DNA from: Gemmatimonadaceae bacterium
GTDB taxonomy: Bacteria > Gemmatimonadota > Gemmatimonadetes > Gemmatimonadales > Gemmatimonadaceae
Direction of reading: 5' to 3'
Length of the DNA: 64,000 nucleotides
Assembly: GCA_040901985.1 (NCBI GenBank)
Contig: JBBDYC010000011.1
Span: 9,633-73,632, forward strand
Positions 19,128 through 28,488 of this stretch are shown in pieces. A model generated the notes under the pieces. The model searched no databases. It was not told the DNA's origin and was given only the letters and a program-made list of their open reading frames with translations. The translations under genes and the position numbers were made by a program. Each line of letters opens with the position of its first letter. Within the stretch, counting starts at the first letter, position 1.

Positions 19128-19433
19128 ATGATCAAGGGCTTCGAATTCAAGGATGCGGGGCGCACCTACACCTGCACGATCGAACAGCAGAAGGGCGCCA
19201 GCGAGGCGTGGTGGTGGTTCGCCGTGTCCGGGGATATGCAGCGCTATGCCCCCTTTCGCGCCGTCAGCGACGACACGCGGACCACGGTGCAGGAGCGGAT
19301 CGTCGCGTTCTATAACAACCGTCTCTTCCAGCTCACGCAGCCGACGCAGCGCGGCTCGCACTGGGGCAAGCGCACGCCGAGCGCAGTGAATCCGGCGGCA
19401 CCGGGGGCCGCGGCGCCGGCTCCCAAGGCGTAG
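19128..19433 (+). CDS. Hypothetical protein
   Basis: Typical codon usage. WWWFAVSGD..RYAPF core with a Pro/Ala tail. Own TAGATT box at 19096-19101. Confidence 0.7.
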   Translation: MIKGFEFKDAGRTYTCTIEQQKGASEAWWWFAVSGDMQRYAPFRAVSDDTRTTVQERIVAFYNNRLFQLTQPTQRGSHWGKRTPSAVNPAAPGAAAPAPKA

Positions 19434-19464
19434 TGACGGCGTAGGCCACCTCTGGCGCCACGCT

Positions 19465-19529
19465 CCGGGGAGTCGTGCCGGGGAGACGCGCCGGGGAGTC
19501 GTGCCGGGGAGTCGTGCCGGGGAGACGCG
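19465..19529. repeat. Intergenic tandem repeat, 5 x 13 bp
   Basis: CCGGGGAGTCGTG (A) and CCGGGGAGACGCG (B) in the order A-B-A-A-B, no spacers. Confidence 0.95.
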
Positions 19530-19534
19530 CCGCG

Positions 19535-19563
19535 CTGACATCCCTCGCGGCGCGGGGTAGATT
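19535..19563 (+). promoter_or_regulatory. sigma70-type promoter, probably leaderless
   Basis: CTGACA-N17-TAGATT ending 5 nt before ATG 19569; no SD. Confidence 0.65.
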
Positions 19564-19568
19564 CCGGC

Positions 19569-20744
19569 ATGACGAAGATCTTCCCCGAGGACCTCGCCGC
19601 CCGGCTCGCCACGCGCGCGGTCCACGCCGGCCAGCGCCCCGACCCGACCTCCGGCGCGATCATGCCGCCGATCTACCAGACCTCCACCTACGCGCAGGAG
19701 GGCCTCGGGGACAACAAGGGCTACGAATACGCCCGCGGCAAGAACCCCACGCGCGAGGCGCTCGAGCGGAACGTCGCCACGCTCGAAGGCGGCCAGCACG
19801 GCTTCGCCTTCTCGTCCGGGATGGGGTGCCTCGACTCGATCATCAAGCTCTTCAAGAGCGGCGACCACATCGTCGTCGGCTCGAATGTCTATGGCGGCAC
19901 CTTCCGCCTCTTCGACAAACTCCTGCAGAACTTTGGCCTGACCTTCTCCTGGATTGACACACGCGACCCGCAGCAGATCGAGGACGCGCTGCGGAAGCAC
20001 ACCGTCGCGCTGATGCTGGAGACGCCGACCAACCCGCTGATGCACCTGACCGATCTCCGCGCGGCGTGCAAGATTGCCGCCGAGCACGGCGCGCTGACAG
20101 TCGTGGACAACACCTTCGCCACGCCGATCTTCCAGCGCCCGCTCGAGTTCGGCGCCGACATCGTGTGGCACTCGAGCACCAAGTACCTCAACGGCCACTC
20201 CGACCTCATCGGCGGGGTCGCGGTGGTGAACGACGACGCACTCGCCGCCAAGCTCCAGTTCATCGCCAACGCCGCCGGCGCTGTGCCCGGGCCCTTCGAC
20301 GCCTGGCTGACCCTGCGCGGCACCAAGACCCTCGCCCTCCGGATGCGCCAGCACGACGCCAACGGCCGCCTGGTCGCCGACTGGTTCGCCAAGCGGCTCG
20401 GCGAGGAGCGGGTGTTCTACCCCGGGCTCGCCTCGCATCCGCAGCACGCGCTGGCCAAGACGCAGATGTCCGGCTTCGGGGGGATGGTCTCGGTCGAGAC
20501 CGGCTCGCGGGACAACGCCGCCCAGGTGGTGCGCGCGGTGAAGGTCTTCACGCTGGCTGAATCCCTGGGCGGGGTGGAATCGTTGGTATGCCAGCCGGCC
20601 GGCATGACCCACGCGTCGGTAGATCCGGCACGGCGCGCCGAACTCGGGATCACTGACGGTCTGCTCCGCTTCTCCTGCGGCGTCGAAGATCCCGAGGACC
20701 TGCTCGCCGACCTCGACCAAGCCTTCGCAGGGCTGAAGCACTGA
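19569..20744 (+). CDS. PLP-dependent cystathionine gamma-synthase/lyase family enzyme
   Basis: PPIYQTSTY, YARGKNPT, ETPTNP, VVDNTFATP, HSSTKYLNGHSD (PLP Lys), AESLGGVESL. Confidence 0.95.
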   Translation: MTKIFPEDLAARLATRAVHAGQRPDPTSGAIMPPIYQTSTYAQEGLGDNKGYEYARGKNPTREALERNVATLEGGQHGFAFSSGMGCLDSIIKLFKSGDHIVVGSNVYGGTFRLFDKLLQNFGLTFSWIDTRDPQQIEDALRKHTVALMLETPTNPLMHLTDLRAACKIAAEHGALTVVDNTFATPIFQRPLEFGADIVWHSSTKYLNGHSDLIGGVAVVNDDALAAKLQFIANAAGAVPGPFDAWLTLRGTKTLALRMRQHDANGRLVADWFAKRLGEERVFYPGLASHPQHALAKTQMSGFGGMVSVETGSRDNAAQVVRAVKVFTLAESLGGVESLVCQPAGMTHASVDPARRAELGITDGLLRFSCGVEDPEDLLADLDQAFAGLKH

Positions 20745-20758
20745 CCAGGAGATCCCCG

Positions 20759-21736
20759 ATGGCACGCACCACCCTCACCGACATCGCGTCGCAGACGTGG
20801 GAGCACCCCGCCGACCGCGCCGCGCTGAGCGCGCTCCGCGCCCTGCCCGGGTTCGACGCCGCGGTCAACCAGATTGCCAAGGTCTTTGGCGAGCGCGCCG
20901 TCCGGCACCTCTTCACCGGCAGCGCGGTGCGCGTCGGTCCCACGCAACGCCCCGACCTCGACGCCCTCTGGACCGAGGTGCTGGCGACGCTCGACTGGCC
21001 CAGGCGCCCCGAGCTCTACGTGACGAACATGCCGTTCGTGAACGCCGGCGCGGTCGGCTTCGGCGAGCCATTCGTCGTCATCAACTCGGCGGCCATCGAG
21101 CACCTCACGCGCGAGGAGCTGCGCGTCATCCTCGCGCACGAACTCGGCCACGTGATGAGCGGCCACGTCACCTACCGGACGATCGCCCAGATCATCCTGA
21201 TGGTCGGCCTCGGCAACCTGCCGCTCCTCGCCGGTCTGGCGCTGCTCCCCTTCCAGCTCGCGATCCTCGAGTGGTACCGGAAGAGCGAACTGTCCTGCGA
21301 CCGCGCGGCGCTCCTCGGCGCGCAGGACCCCGACCTCGTGCTCACCACGCTGATGAAGCTCTCCGGCGGCCGCGAGTTCGGCGACACGCTCGACCTCGAG
21401 GCGTTCAAGGCGCAGTCGCGCGAGTACGAGATTGACGACACGGCCTGGGACACCGCGCTCAAGGCGTTCAACACCGCCTTCCGCGAGCATCCGTTCTTCA
21501 CCGTCCGTGCCGGCGAGCTGCAACGATGGACGGCCGACGGATCGTACGCCCGCGTGCTCGCGGGCGAATACATCCGGCGCGCCGACGTGAAGCCCGGCGA
21601 GGGCGTCGGCGACGACTTCAGGAAGGGCACCGCCTACTACGCCGACCAGGCCCGCGCGACGATGGACAAGGTGGGCGAGTCCCTCTCGCGCGCCCGGTCG
21701 GCCTTCTCCGACGCGTTCAAGAGCGACAAGACGTGA
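20759..21736 (+). CDS. M48 family zinc metallopeptidase
   Basis: ILAHELGH (HExxH), downstream ELSCDRA, and HPF..VR. SD AGGAG. Confidence 0.85.
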   Translation: MARTTLTDIASQTWEHPADRAALSALRALPGFDAAVNQIAKVFGERAVRHLFTGSAVRVGPTQRPDLDALWTEVLATLDWPRRPELYVTNMPFVNAGAVGFGEPFVVINSAAIEHLTREELRVILAHELGHVMSGHVTYRTIAQIILMVGLGNLPLLAGLALLPFQLAILEWYRKSELSCDRAALLGAQDPDLVLTTLMKLSGGREFGDTLDLEAFKAQSREYEIDDTAWDTALKAFNTAFREHPFFTVRAGELQRWTADGSYARVLAGEYIRRADVKPGEGVGDDFRKGTAYYADQARATMDKVGESLSRARSAFSDAFKSDKT

Positions 21737-23007
21737 AGATCCTGGTCGTCGGCGGCGGCGGGCGCGAACACGCCATTGCCTGGCAGCTCCGCCGCGACGA
21801 TCCGGGAGGGGAGGTCATCGCCGCCCCCGGGAATCCGGGGATCGCCGCACTCGGCCGTTGCGTGAACGTCGCGGCGACGGACATCGCGGCGCTGCTCGCG
21901 CTCGCCCGCGCCGAGCGCGTGGACTTTACCGTCGTCGGGCCCGAGGGACCGCTCGGGCTTGGCATCGTGGACCGCTTCCGCGAGGCGGGGCTCGCGATCT
22001 TCGGGCCCACCGCGAGCGCGGCGCGGATCGAGACCTCCAAGCGGTTCGCCAAGGAGTTGATGGCCACCGCCGCCGTCCCCACCGCGAGCGCGCGCACGTT
22101 CACCGCCGTGAAGCCGGCCAAGGAGGAAGTGCGCCGACTCGGCGCGCCGGTGGTCGTGAAGTATTCGGGGATCGCCGCCGGCAAGGGCGTGGTCGTGGCG
22201 ACGACGATTGCCGAGGCCGACGCCGCCATTGACCTGATGCTTGAGCAGCGGGCGTTCGGTGATGCCGCCGAGGTGTTGGTGGAGGAGTATATGGAGGGCG
22301 AGGAGCTCTCGTTCTTTGCGCTCACCGACGGCGTCAACGTGATCCCCCTGCTTGCCGCGCAGGACCACAAACGGATCGGCGAGGGCGACACCGGCCCCAA
22401 CACGGGCGGTATGGGCGCCTATGCGCCGGTCTCCCTGGCGACGCCGCCGCTGGTCCAGACGGTCGTCCAGCGGATCCTCTCGCCGACCCTGCGGGCGATG
22501 CGCGACGAGGGATGCGCCTTCACCGGGCTTCTCTACGCCGGCCTGATGCTCACGGACCAAGGTCCGAAGGTCGTCGAGTTCAACTGCCGGTTCGGCGACC
22601 CCGAGACGCAGGCGATCCTGCCGCTGCTCTCGGCCAGCCTGCTCGTGCCGATGCGGGCGATTGCCGAGGGGGGCACGCTGCGGAGCGTCTCGGCGTTCGC
22701 CTGGCAGCCGCGCGCCGCTGTCACCACCGTCGTCGCCGCCGCCGGCTACCCCGGCACGCCGCGCACCGGTGATGTCATCGCGCTGCCGCCGGAGCGCGAC
22801 GACGTGACGATCTTCCACGCCGGCACCGCGCGGAATGCGGCGGGCGAACTCGTGACGGCCGGCGGGCGGGTGCTTGCCGTGACGGCGGTGGCGGGGACGA
22901 TGGCCGCCGCGCTGGCGCTCAGCCGCGACACGGCGGCGGCGGTGACGTTCGCGGGCGCACAGTTCCGGCGCGACATCGGCCACCGGGAGATCGCCCGCGG
23001 TGCCTGA
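21733..23007 (+). CDS. purD: Phosphoribosylamine--glycine ligase
   Basis: ILVVGGGGREHA, APGNPGI, GKGV, QDHKR, GPNTGGMGAY, EFNCRFGDPE. GTG start at 21733. Confidence 0.97.
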   Translation: MKILVVGGGGREHAIAWQLRRDDPGGEVIAAPGNPGIAALGRCVNVAATDIAALLALARAERVDFTVVGPEGPLGLGIVDRFREAGLAIFGPTASAARIETSKRFAKELMATAAVPTASARTFTAVKPAKEEVRRLGAPVVVKYSGIAAGKGVVVATTIAEADAAIDLMLEQRAFGDAAEVLVEEYMEGEELSFFALTDGVNVIPLLAAQDHKRIGEGDTGPNTGGMGAYAPVSLATPPLVQTVVQRILSPTLRAMRDEGCAFTGLLYAGLMLTDQGPKVVEFNCRFGDPETQAILPLLSASLLVPMRAIAEGGTLRSVSAFAWQPRAAVTTVVAAAGYPGTPRTGDVIALPPERDDVTIFHAGTARNAAGELVTAGGRVLAVTAVAGTMAAALALSRDTAAAVTFAGAQFRRDIGHREIARGA

Positions 23008-23812
23008 GCTCCCCGAGGCGGAGACCATCGCGCGCGATCTGGACGGCGCCCTCCGGGGCGCCGTCGTCCGTTCGGCAACGGTCCATCGCGCCGACGTCGT
23101 CCGCGGCGGCAGCGCGGTGGGCCTCGAGCGCTCGCTCCGCGGCACGCGGATCAAGCAGGTCGGACGGCGCGGCAAGAACGTGGTGCTCTTCGGCGGGCGC
23201 GACGCCCGCCTCGTCGTCACCCCGCGCTTCACCGGCACCCTCCTGCTCGACGCGGCAAGCGACCGCTACTCCTGCCTGACCATCACCTTCACCGACGGGC
23301 GCACGCTCATCTACCGCGACGTCCGGCGCCTTGGCACGCTCACGCTCCTCAGGCGCGAGGGCTACGCGGCGTGGAGCAACACGCTCGGGCCCGAGCCGCT
23401 TGACCGGACGCTGACCGCCGAGCGATTCTCGAGGATCATCCGGGGGTCCAAGCGCGCCGTGAAGAGCATCCTGATGGACCAGCGCCGGCTGGCCGGCGTC
23501 GGCAACATCTACGCCAACGAGGCCTGTTGGCGCGCCGGCGTGCGGCCGACACGCAGCGGACGCACCCTGACGCGCGCCGAATGCACGGCGCTCCTCATCG
23601 GACTCACCGGGGTGCTCCGCGCGTCCATCAGGCTCCGCGGGACGACCTTCCGCGACTTCCGCGATGCGTACGGGCTCCGCGGCGGCTTTGCGCCGAAGCT
23701 GGCGGTCTACGGCCGGGCCGGACTCCCCTGCCGCCGCTGCGGCGCCACGCTCAAGCACTCGCACGCACTCGCGGGCCGGCAGACCGTGTGGTGCCGCGGA
23801 TGTCAGACGTGA
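23000..23812 (+). CDS. mutM: Formamidopyrimidine-DNA glycosylase
   Basis: N-terminal PELPE, RRGK, H2TH motif LMDQ..LAGVGNIYANE, and C-terminal Zn finger CRRC...CRGCQ. Confidence 0.95.
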   Translation: MPELPEAETIARDLDGALRGAVVRSATVHRADVVRGGSAVGLERSLRGTRIKQVGRRGKNVVLFGGRDARLVVTPRFTGTLLLDAASDRYSCLTITFTDGRTLIYRDVRRLGTLTLLRREGYAAWSNTLGPEPLDRTLTAERFSRIIRGSKRAVKSILMDQRRLAGVGNIYANEACWRAGVRPTRSGRTLTRAECTALLIGLTGVLRASIRLRGTTFRDFRDAYGLRGGFAPKLAVYGRAGLPCRRCGATLKHSHALAGRQTVWCRGCQT

Positions 23813-23837
23813 GCGCGGCGTCGCGGGGACGCCTGCG

Positions 23838-24986
23838 ATGAGCCGGCGCCGCCGCCGCGGGCCCGTCACCCCGCCGAAGGACGTCGAGATGCGGATTGAC
23901 AACCTGCTCGCCCTCGTCAAGGACGGCGCGCGCGACGTCCCCGGCGTCTACCGGATGACCTCGCTCGATGGCGAGGTGATCTACGTCGGCAAGTCGAAGG
24001 CGCTGCGGACGCGCCTCCTCAGTTACTTCCGCGCGCGGTACCCGCGCGACAAGGGGGCGCGGATCCTCCGTGAGGCGGCGACGCTCGAGTGGGAGCCGCT
24101 GCCGAGTGAGTTTGCCGCGCTCCTCGGCGAGTTGCGGCTGATCAAGCAGTTGCGGCCACGCTACAACGTGGCGATGAAACGCGACGCCCGGTACCACGCA
24201 TTCGTGCGCGTCTCGCGCGGCGCGGCCCCGAAGTTCCACGTCGTCCGCAGCGCCGGCACCGACGAGACCGGCACCTACTACGGCCCCTTCCGCGGCGCGC
24301 TCCAGCTCGAGGAGGCGCTCCGCGAACTCAACGACGTGCTGGGACTCCGCGACTGCAAGCTCGGCACGCCGATGTACTTCGCCGACCAGCCCGACCTCCT
24401 CCCGCTTCCCGGGCGCACGCCGGGCTGCATCCGGTACGAGATCGGCAAGTGCCTCGGCCCCTGCGTGGGCGCGGTCCGCGAGGACGCGTACCTCGAGCGA
24501 TTCCGCGCTGCCCGCGACTTCCTCGAGGGCGTCCACGACGCCCCGCTGGCGCCACTGCGCGCCCAGATGGAGGCCTCGAGCGAGGCACTCGACTTCGAGC
24601 GCGCCGCGGTGATGCGCGACAAGATCCTCCGCCTCGAGTCGCTGCGCGAACAGTTCGCGCGCCTCCGCTTCGCGCTGGAATCACTCTCGTTCGTCTACAC
24701 GGTGCCCGGCGCGCAGGGGGACGACCGTGCCTACGTCGTCCGTCGGGGCCGCGTCCGCGCCGAGGTCGCGGCGCCGCGCACGGCGAGCGAGCGGCGTGCC
24801 CTCGACGCCCGCATCGCCGAGCTCCTCGCGCCCACCGAGCGCGTCGGCGGCACCGTGCCCGGACACGAGGTGGACGAGGTGTTGCTGGTCGCCGCCTGGT
24901 TCCGGCGGAACCCCAACGAACTCGCGCGCACCACGCCCTTGAGCCAATGGCCGTGGCGCGACCAGCCGCTCACTCGGCCAGCGTGA
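23838..24986 (+). CDS. UvrC-like GIY-YIG nuclease with UVR domain, lacking the RNase H-like and HhH C-terminus (Cho-like)
   Basis: PGVYRM...VIYVGKSKALRTRL, E...IK...PRYN, Cys cluster C..C..PC, and LDFERAAVMRD. Confidence 0.8.
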   Translation: MSRRRRRGPVTPPKDVEMRIDNLLALVKDGARDVPGVYRMTSLDGEVIYVGKSKALRTRLLSYFRARYPRDKGARILREAATLEWEPLPSEFAALLGELRLIKQLRPRYNVAMKRDARYHAFVRVSRGAAPKFHVVRSAGTDETGTYYGPFRGALQLEEALRELNDVLGLRDCKLGTPMYFADQPDLLPLPGRTPGCIRYEIGKCLGPCVGAVREDAYLERFRAARDFLEGVHDAPLAPLRAQMEASSEALDFERAAVMRDKILRLESLREQFARLRFALESLSFVYTVPGAQGDDRAYVVRRGRVRAEVAAPRTASERRALDARIAELLAPTERVGGTVPGHEVDEVLLVAAWFRRNPNELARTTPLSQWPWRDQPLTRPA

Positions 24987-25455
24987 CGATCTCGGCGTCC
25001 GCGGTGCCGTCGCGGATGGTGAGGATCGCGACCGACGGCGGAAGGTCGTAGCGCCGCTCCCCCGCCGCGCCGGGGTTCACCACCAGCCGTCCGCCAATCC
25101 GTTCGATCCGCTGCCGGTGCGTGTGCCCGTACACGCAGACGTCGGCGTCGTAGGCGGCCGCGACCTGCGCCGGCGACGGCCGCCCGAGCTCGTGCCCGTG
25201 GCTCACGTGGATCCGCACGCCTCCGAGCTCAAGGTCGAGCGCCGCGCCGAGCCGCGGGTCCCACGGCGCGTCGCAGTTCCCGCCGACCGCCCGCACCGGC
25301 GCGATCAGGGCGAGCTCGTCGAGGATCTCGTCGCCGCCGACGTCGCCCGCGTGCAGGATCCGCGAGACGCCGGCCAGCGCGCGGTGGACGTCGGAGCGGA
25401 GCAGGCCGTGCGTGTCGGAGATCAAGCCGATGCGCAGCGCCTTGCCGCCGCTCAT
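24970..25455 (-). CDS. YfcE/MJ0936-type metallophosphoesterase
   Basis: ISDTHG, HAGD, GNCD, HGH, GHTH, NPG motifs. Confidence 0.92.
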   Translation of the reverse strand: MSGGKALRIGLISDTHGLLRSDVHRALAGVSRILHAGDVGGDEILDELALIAPVRAVGGNCDAPWDPRLGAALDLELGGVRIHVSHGHELGRPSPAQVAAAYDADVCVYGHTHRQRIERIGGRLVVNPGAAGERRYDLPPSVAILTIRDGTADAEIVTLAE

Positions 25456-26081
25456 CCGTCTTCCCCGTCGGCGGGCTGGCCGCCCCACCGCGGCACGAGC
25501 GTGTTGGGCACGCCGAGGTGGTCGAGCGCGCGGGCGACGATGAAGTCCACCAGTTGGTCCACTGACGTCGGGCGATGGTAGAAGCCGGGCGCGGCGGGCA
25601 TCACCACCGCGCCCGCCAGCGTCACACGACGCATGTTCTCGAGGTGGATCAGCGAGAGCGGCGTCTCGCGCGTGACGAGGAGGAGCGTCCGGCGCTCCTT
25701 GAGCGCGACATCGGCCGCGCGCTCGACGAGCGACCGCGAGGTCCCCGCTGCGATGCTCGCCAGCGTCCCCATCGAGCAGGGACAGATGACCATCCCGCCG
25801 ACGAGCGCCGACCCCGAGGCCGGCGCGGCGCCCCGATCCGCGTCGTCGTGCACGGTGACCAAGGTGTCGAACCGCCGCGCGCCCATCGCCGAGCGGAGCC
25901 CGGCGAGGTCGCCGACCTCGCTCTCCGTCCGCAGCAGCCGATACCCGTGGCTCGAGACGATCAGCGAGACGCGCCGCTCGGCGACGAGGAGCTGCTCGAG
26001 GAGGCGCAGCCCATAGCGGGCGCCGGAGGCCCCGGTGATTGCCATCACGATTGGCGCGCCACCTTTCGCCAAGCGCGGCAT
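25452..26081 (-). CDS. ubiX: Flavin prenyltransferase UbiX (MqnM-like)
   Basis: AITGASG, ASGS, PCSMGTLASIA, RAADVALKE, RETP, PGFY. Confidence 0.93.
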   Translation of the reverse strand: MPRLAKGGAPIVMAITGASGARYGLRLLEQLLVAERRVSLIVSSHGYRLLRTESEVGDLAGLRSAMGARRFDTLVTVHDDADRGAAPASGSALVGGMVICPCSMGTLASIAAGTSRSLVERAADVALKERRTLLLVTRETPLSLIHLENMRRVTLAGAVVMPAAPGFYHRPTSVDQLVDFIVARALDHLGVPNTLVPRWGGQPADGEDG

Positions 26082-27004
26082 CAGCGGACGAGGACCCGGT
26101 CGGCGAGGACGCAGGCGAAGAGCGTCAGCGAGATGATGCCGTTCATCGTGAAGAAGGCGGCGTCGAGCCGGCTCAGGTCGTCCGCCGCCACGAGCGAGTG
26201 CTCGTAGGCAAGGACGGCCGCGGCGATGCCGACGCCGAGCCACGCCAGCGCGCCGGCGCCGGTGACCCAGACCGTCGTCGCCAGCGCGGCGACGGTCACG
26301 AGGTGAAGCGCACGGGCGATGACGATCGCCGCCGGCACCCCGACCGCCGCCGGGATCGAGTGCAGCGCTTGCGATCGATCGAACTCGATGTCGGGGAGCG
26401 CATAGAGGACGTCGAAGCCGCCCGACCAGCTCATCACCGCCACGGTGAGCGCCGCCAGCATCCACCACGGCTCGCTCCACGCGCCGGTCACCGCGAGGTA
26501 CCCGCCGACCGGCGCAATGGCCAACCCGAGCCCGAGTACGAGGTGCGCGTAGCGCGTGAACCGCTTGGTGAACGAGTAGAAGCACACCCACGCCAGCGCC
26601 AGCGGCGAGAGCGCGAAACAGAGCGGGTTGAGCTGGGCGGCGGCGAAGATGAAGAGCGCCGCCGCGACCACCACGGTCACCCACGCGTCGCGCACCGCGA
26701 TCACGCCGCGCGGAATCTCCCGTTGCGCCGTCCGCGGGTTCCGCGCATCATACTCGCGGTCCACGATCCGGTTCACCGCCATTGCCACCCACCGGGCGCC
26801 GGTGAACGCCAGCACCACCCAGCCGATCGTCGCCATCGGGACCGGCGCCACGCGGGACGCGAAGGTTACGCCAATCAGCGCGAACGGCAGCGCGAAGACC
26901 GTGTGCGGCAGCTTCACGAAGCTCGCCCAGCGGGCGAGCCGCGACTCGCCGGCGAAGGTCTGGCCCTCGCGCACGGCGCTCCCGAGCGTCGGCATCCCGC
27001 TCAC
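26081..27004 (-). CDS. ubiA: UbiA-family prenyltransferase (MqnP-like)
   Basis: KLPHTVFALPFA, NRIVDREYDARNPRT, YSFTKRF, FDVLYALPD, FFTMNG. GTG start overlaps the ubiD stop. Confidence 0.9.
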   Translation of the reverse strand: MSGMPTLGSAVREGQTFAGESRLARWASFVKLPHTVFALPFALIGVTFASRVAPVPMATIGWVVLAFTGARWVAMAVNRIVDREYDARNPRTAQREIPRGVIAVRDAWVTVVVAAALFIFAAAQLNPLCFALSPLALAWVCFYSFTKRFTRYAHLVLGLGLAIAPVGGYLAVTGAWSEPWWMLAALTVAVMSWSGGFDVLYALPDIEFDRSQALHSIPAAVGVPAAIVIARALHLVTVAALATTVWVTGAGALAWLGVGIAAAVLAYEHSLVAADDLSRLDAAFFTMNGIISLTLFACVLADRVLVR

Positions 27005-28488
27005 CGGGGCCCGAGGCCGAGCGAGGGCCAGAGCGCGTCCACCCGCGCCTTGGTCGCGTCGTCCATCACGATCACCTTCGGCCAGTCGCGCGTGAAGCCC
27101 TCCTCCGGCCACTTCCGTGTGGCGTCAATGCCCATCTTCGAGCCGTAGGTGAAGGCGCGGCTCGAGTGGTCGAGCACGTCCATCGGCCCCATCGTGAAAC
27201 GGGTGTCGCGCTGGGGGTCAATGTTGTTGAGCGCCACCCACCACGCCTCCTGCGGGTCCTGTACGTCCACCCAGTCATCCACCACCACGAGCACCTTCGC
27301 AAGGCTCATCAGGCCGGCGCCCCAGAGCGCATTCATCACCTTGTACGCCTGGCCCGGATACTGCTTCTTGATCGAGACGAAGACGAGGTTGTGAAAGATC
27401 CCCTCGGCGGGCATGTGGTAGTCCACGATCTCCGGCGTCGTCAGCTTCAGCAGCGGGAGGAAGATCCGCTCGGTGGCGTGGCCAAGATAGTAGTCCTCCA
27501 TCGGCGGCCGGCCGACGATCGTGGCGCAGTACACCGGACGCTTGCGCATCGTCACCGCCGTCACGTGCACGCGCGGGTACAGGTCGGCCTCCGAGTAGTA
27601 GCCGGTGTGGTCACCGAACGGTCCCTCCACGACAAGTTCCTCCCGGGGGTCGATGTAGCCCTCGATCACGAACTCGGCGTCGGCCGGCACCTCGAGGTCG
27701 CAGGTGACCGCCTTGGCCAGTTTCACCGGCGCCTTGCGGAGGAACCCGGCGAAGATGAACTCATCCACGTTCGGCGGGAGCGGCGCGCTCGCCGAATACA
27801 TTGACGCCGGGTCGGCCCCGACGACGATGCAGACCGGCATCCGCTCGCCCCGCTCGGCCATCTCGCGCCAATGCGCCGCCCCCGTCTTGTGGCGCTGCCA
27901 GTGCATCACCACGTCGCGCTTGCCGAGCTGCTGCACGCGGTACATCCCGACGTTGCGAATCCCACGCGTCGGGTCCTTCGAGACCACCGCCGTCATCGTG
28001 AGGAACGGCCCGCCGTCCTCGGGCCAGGTCGTGAGCACGGGGAGCCGGTCGAGGTCAATGTCATCGCCCTGCCAGACGACCTCCTGGCAGGCCGGCGTCC
28101 CCGAGGCCATTCGCGGCGGGAACTTCGCGATCTCGAGGAGCCGCGGCAGCAACTGGAGCTTGCCGAGGAATCCCTCCGGCACCTTGAGGTCCATCAGCTT
28201 GGTGATCCGCTCGCCGTGCTCGTCGAGCCGCTCCACGCCGACGGCCATCGCCATCCGCGAGAGCGAGCCGAAGAGGTTGATTGCCACCGGGAACTGCGAG
28301 ACCGCTCCGTCCCGCAGCAGCGGCTGCTCGAAGAGGAGCGCCGGGCCGCCGCCGGGCATCTTCATCACGCGATCGGCGATCTCGCACATCTCGAGGTCCA
28401 CCTTCACCGGCTGCGCGACGCGGCGGAGCTCGCCCGCGGCGTCAATCGCGTCAATGAACTCCTGCAGGGTGTCGAGTGTCCTCGTCAC
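27001..28488 (-). CDS. ubiD: UbiD-family prFMN decarboxylase (MqnL-like)
   Basis: NVGMYR, HWQRHK, EGPFGDHTGYY, GRPPMED. GTG start at 28488. Confidence 0.93.
   Translation of the reverse strand: MTRTLDTLQEFIDAIDAAGELRRVAQPVKVDLEMCEIADRVMKMPGGGPALLFEQPLLRDGAVSQFPVAINLFGSLSRMAMAVGVERLDEHGERITKLMDLKVPEGFLGKLQLLPRLLEIAKFPPRMASGTPACQEVVWQGDDIDLDRLPVLTTWPEDGGPFLTMTAVVSKDPTRGIRNVGMYRVQQLGKRDVVMHWQRHKTGAAHWREMAERGERMPVCIVVGADPASMYSASAPLPPNVDEFIFAGFLRKAPVKLAKAVTCDLEVPADAEFVIEGYIDPREELVVEGPFGDHTGYYSEADLYPRVHVTAVTMRKRPVYCATIVGRPPMEDYYLGHATERIFLPLLKLTTPEIVDYHMPAEGIFHNLVFVSIKKQYPGQAYKVMNALWGAGLMSLAKVLVVVDDWVDVQDPQEAWWVALNNIDPQRDTRFTMGPMDVLDHSSRAFTYGSKMGIDATRKWPEEGFTRDWPKVIVMDDATKARVDALWPSLGLGPR

Noticed and set aside
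19465-19529. Possible mini-CRISPR
   Set aside because: 13-bp units are directly adjacent with no unique spacers, and there are no cas genes.
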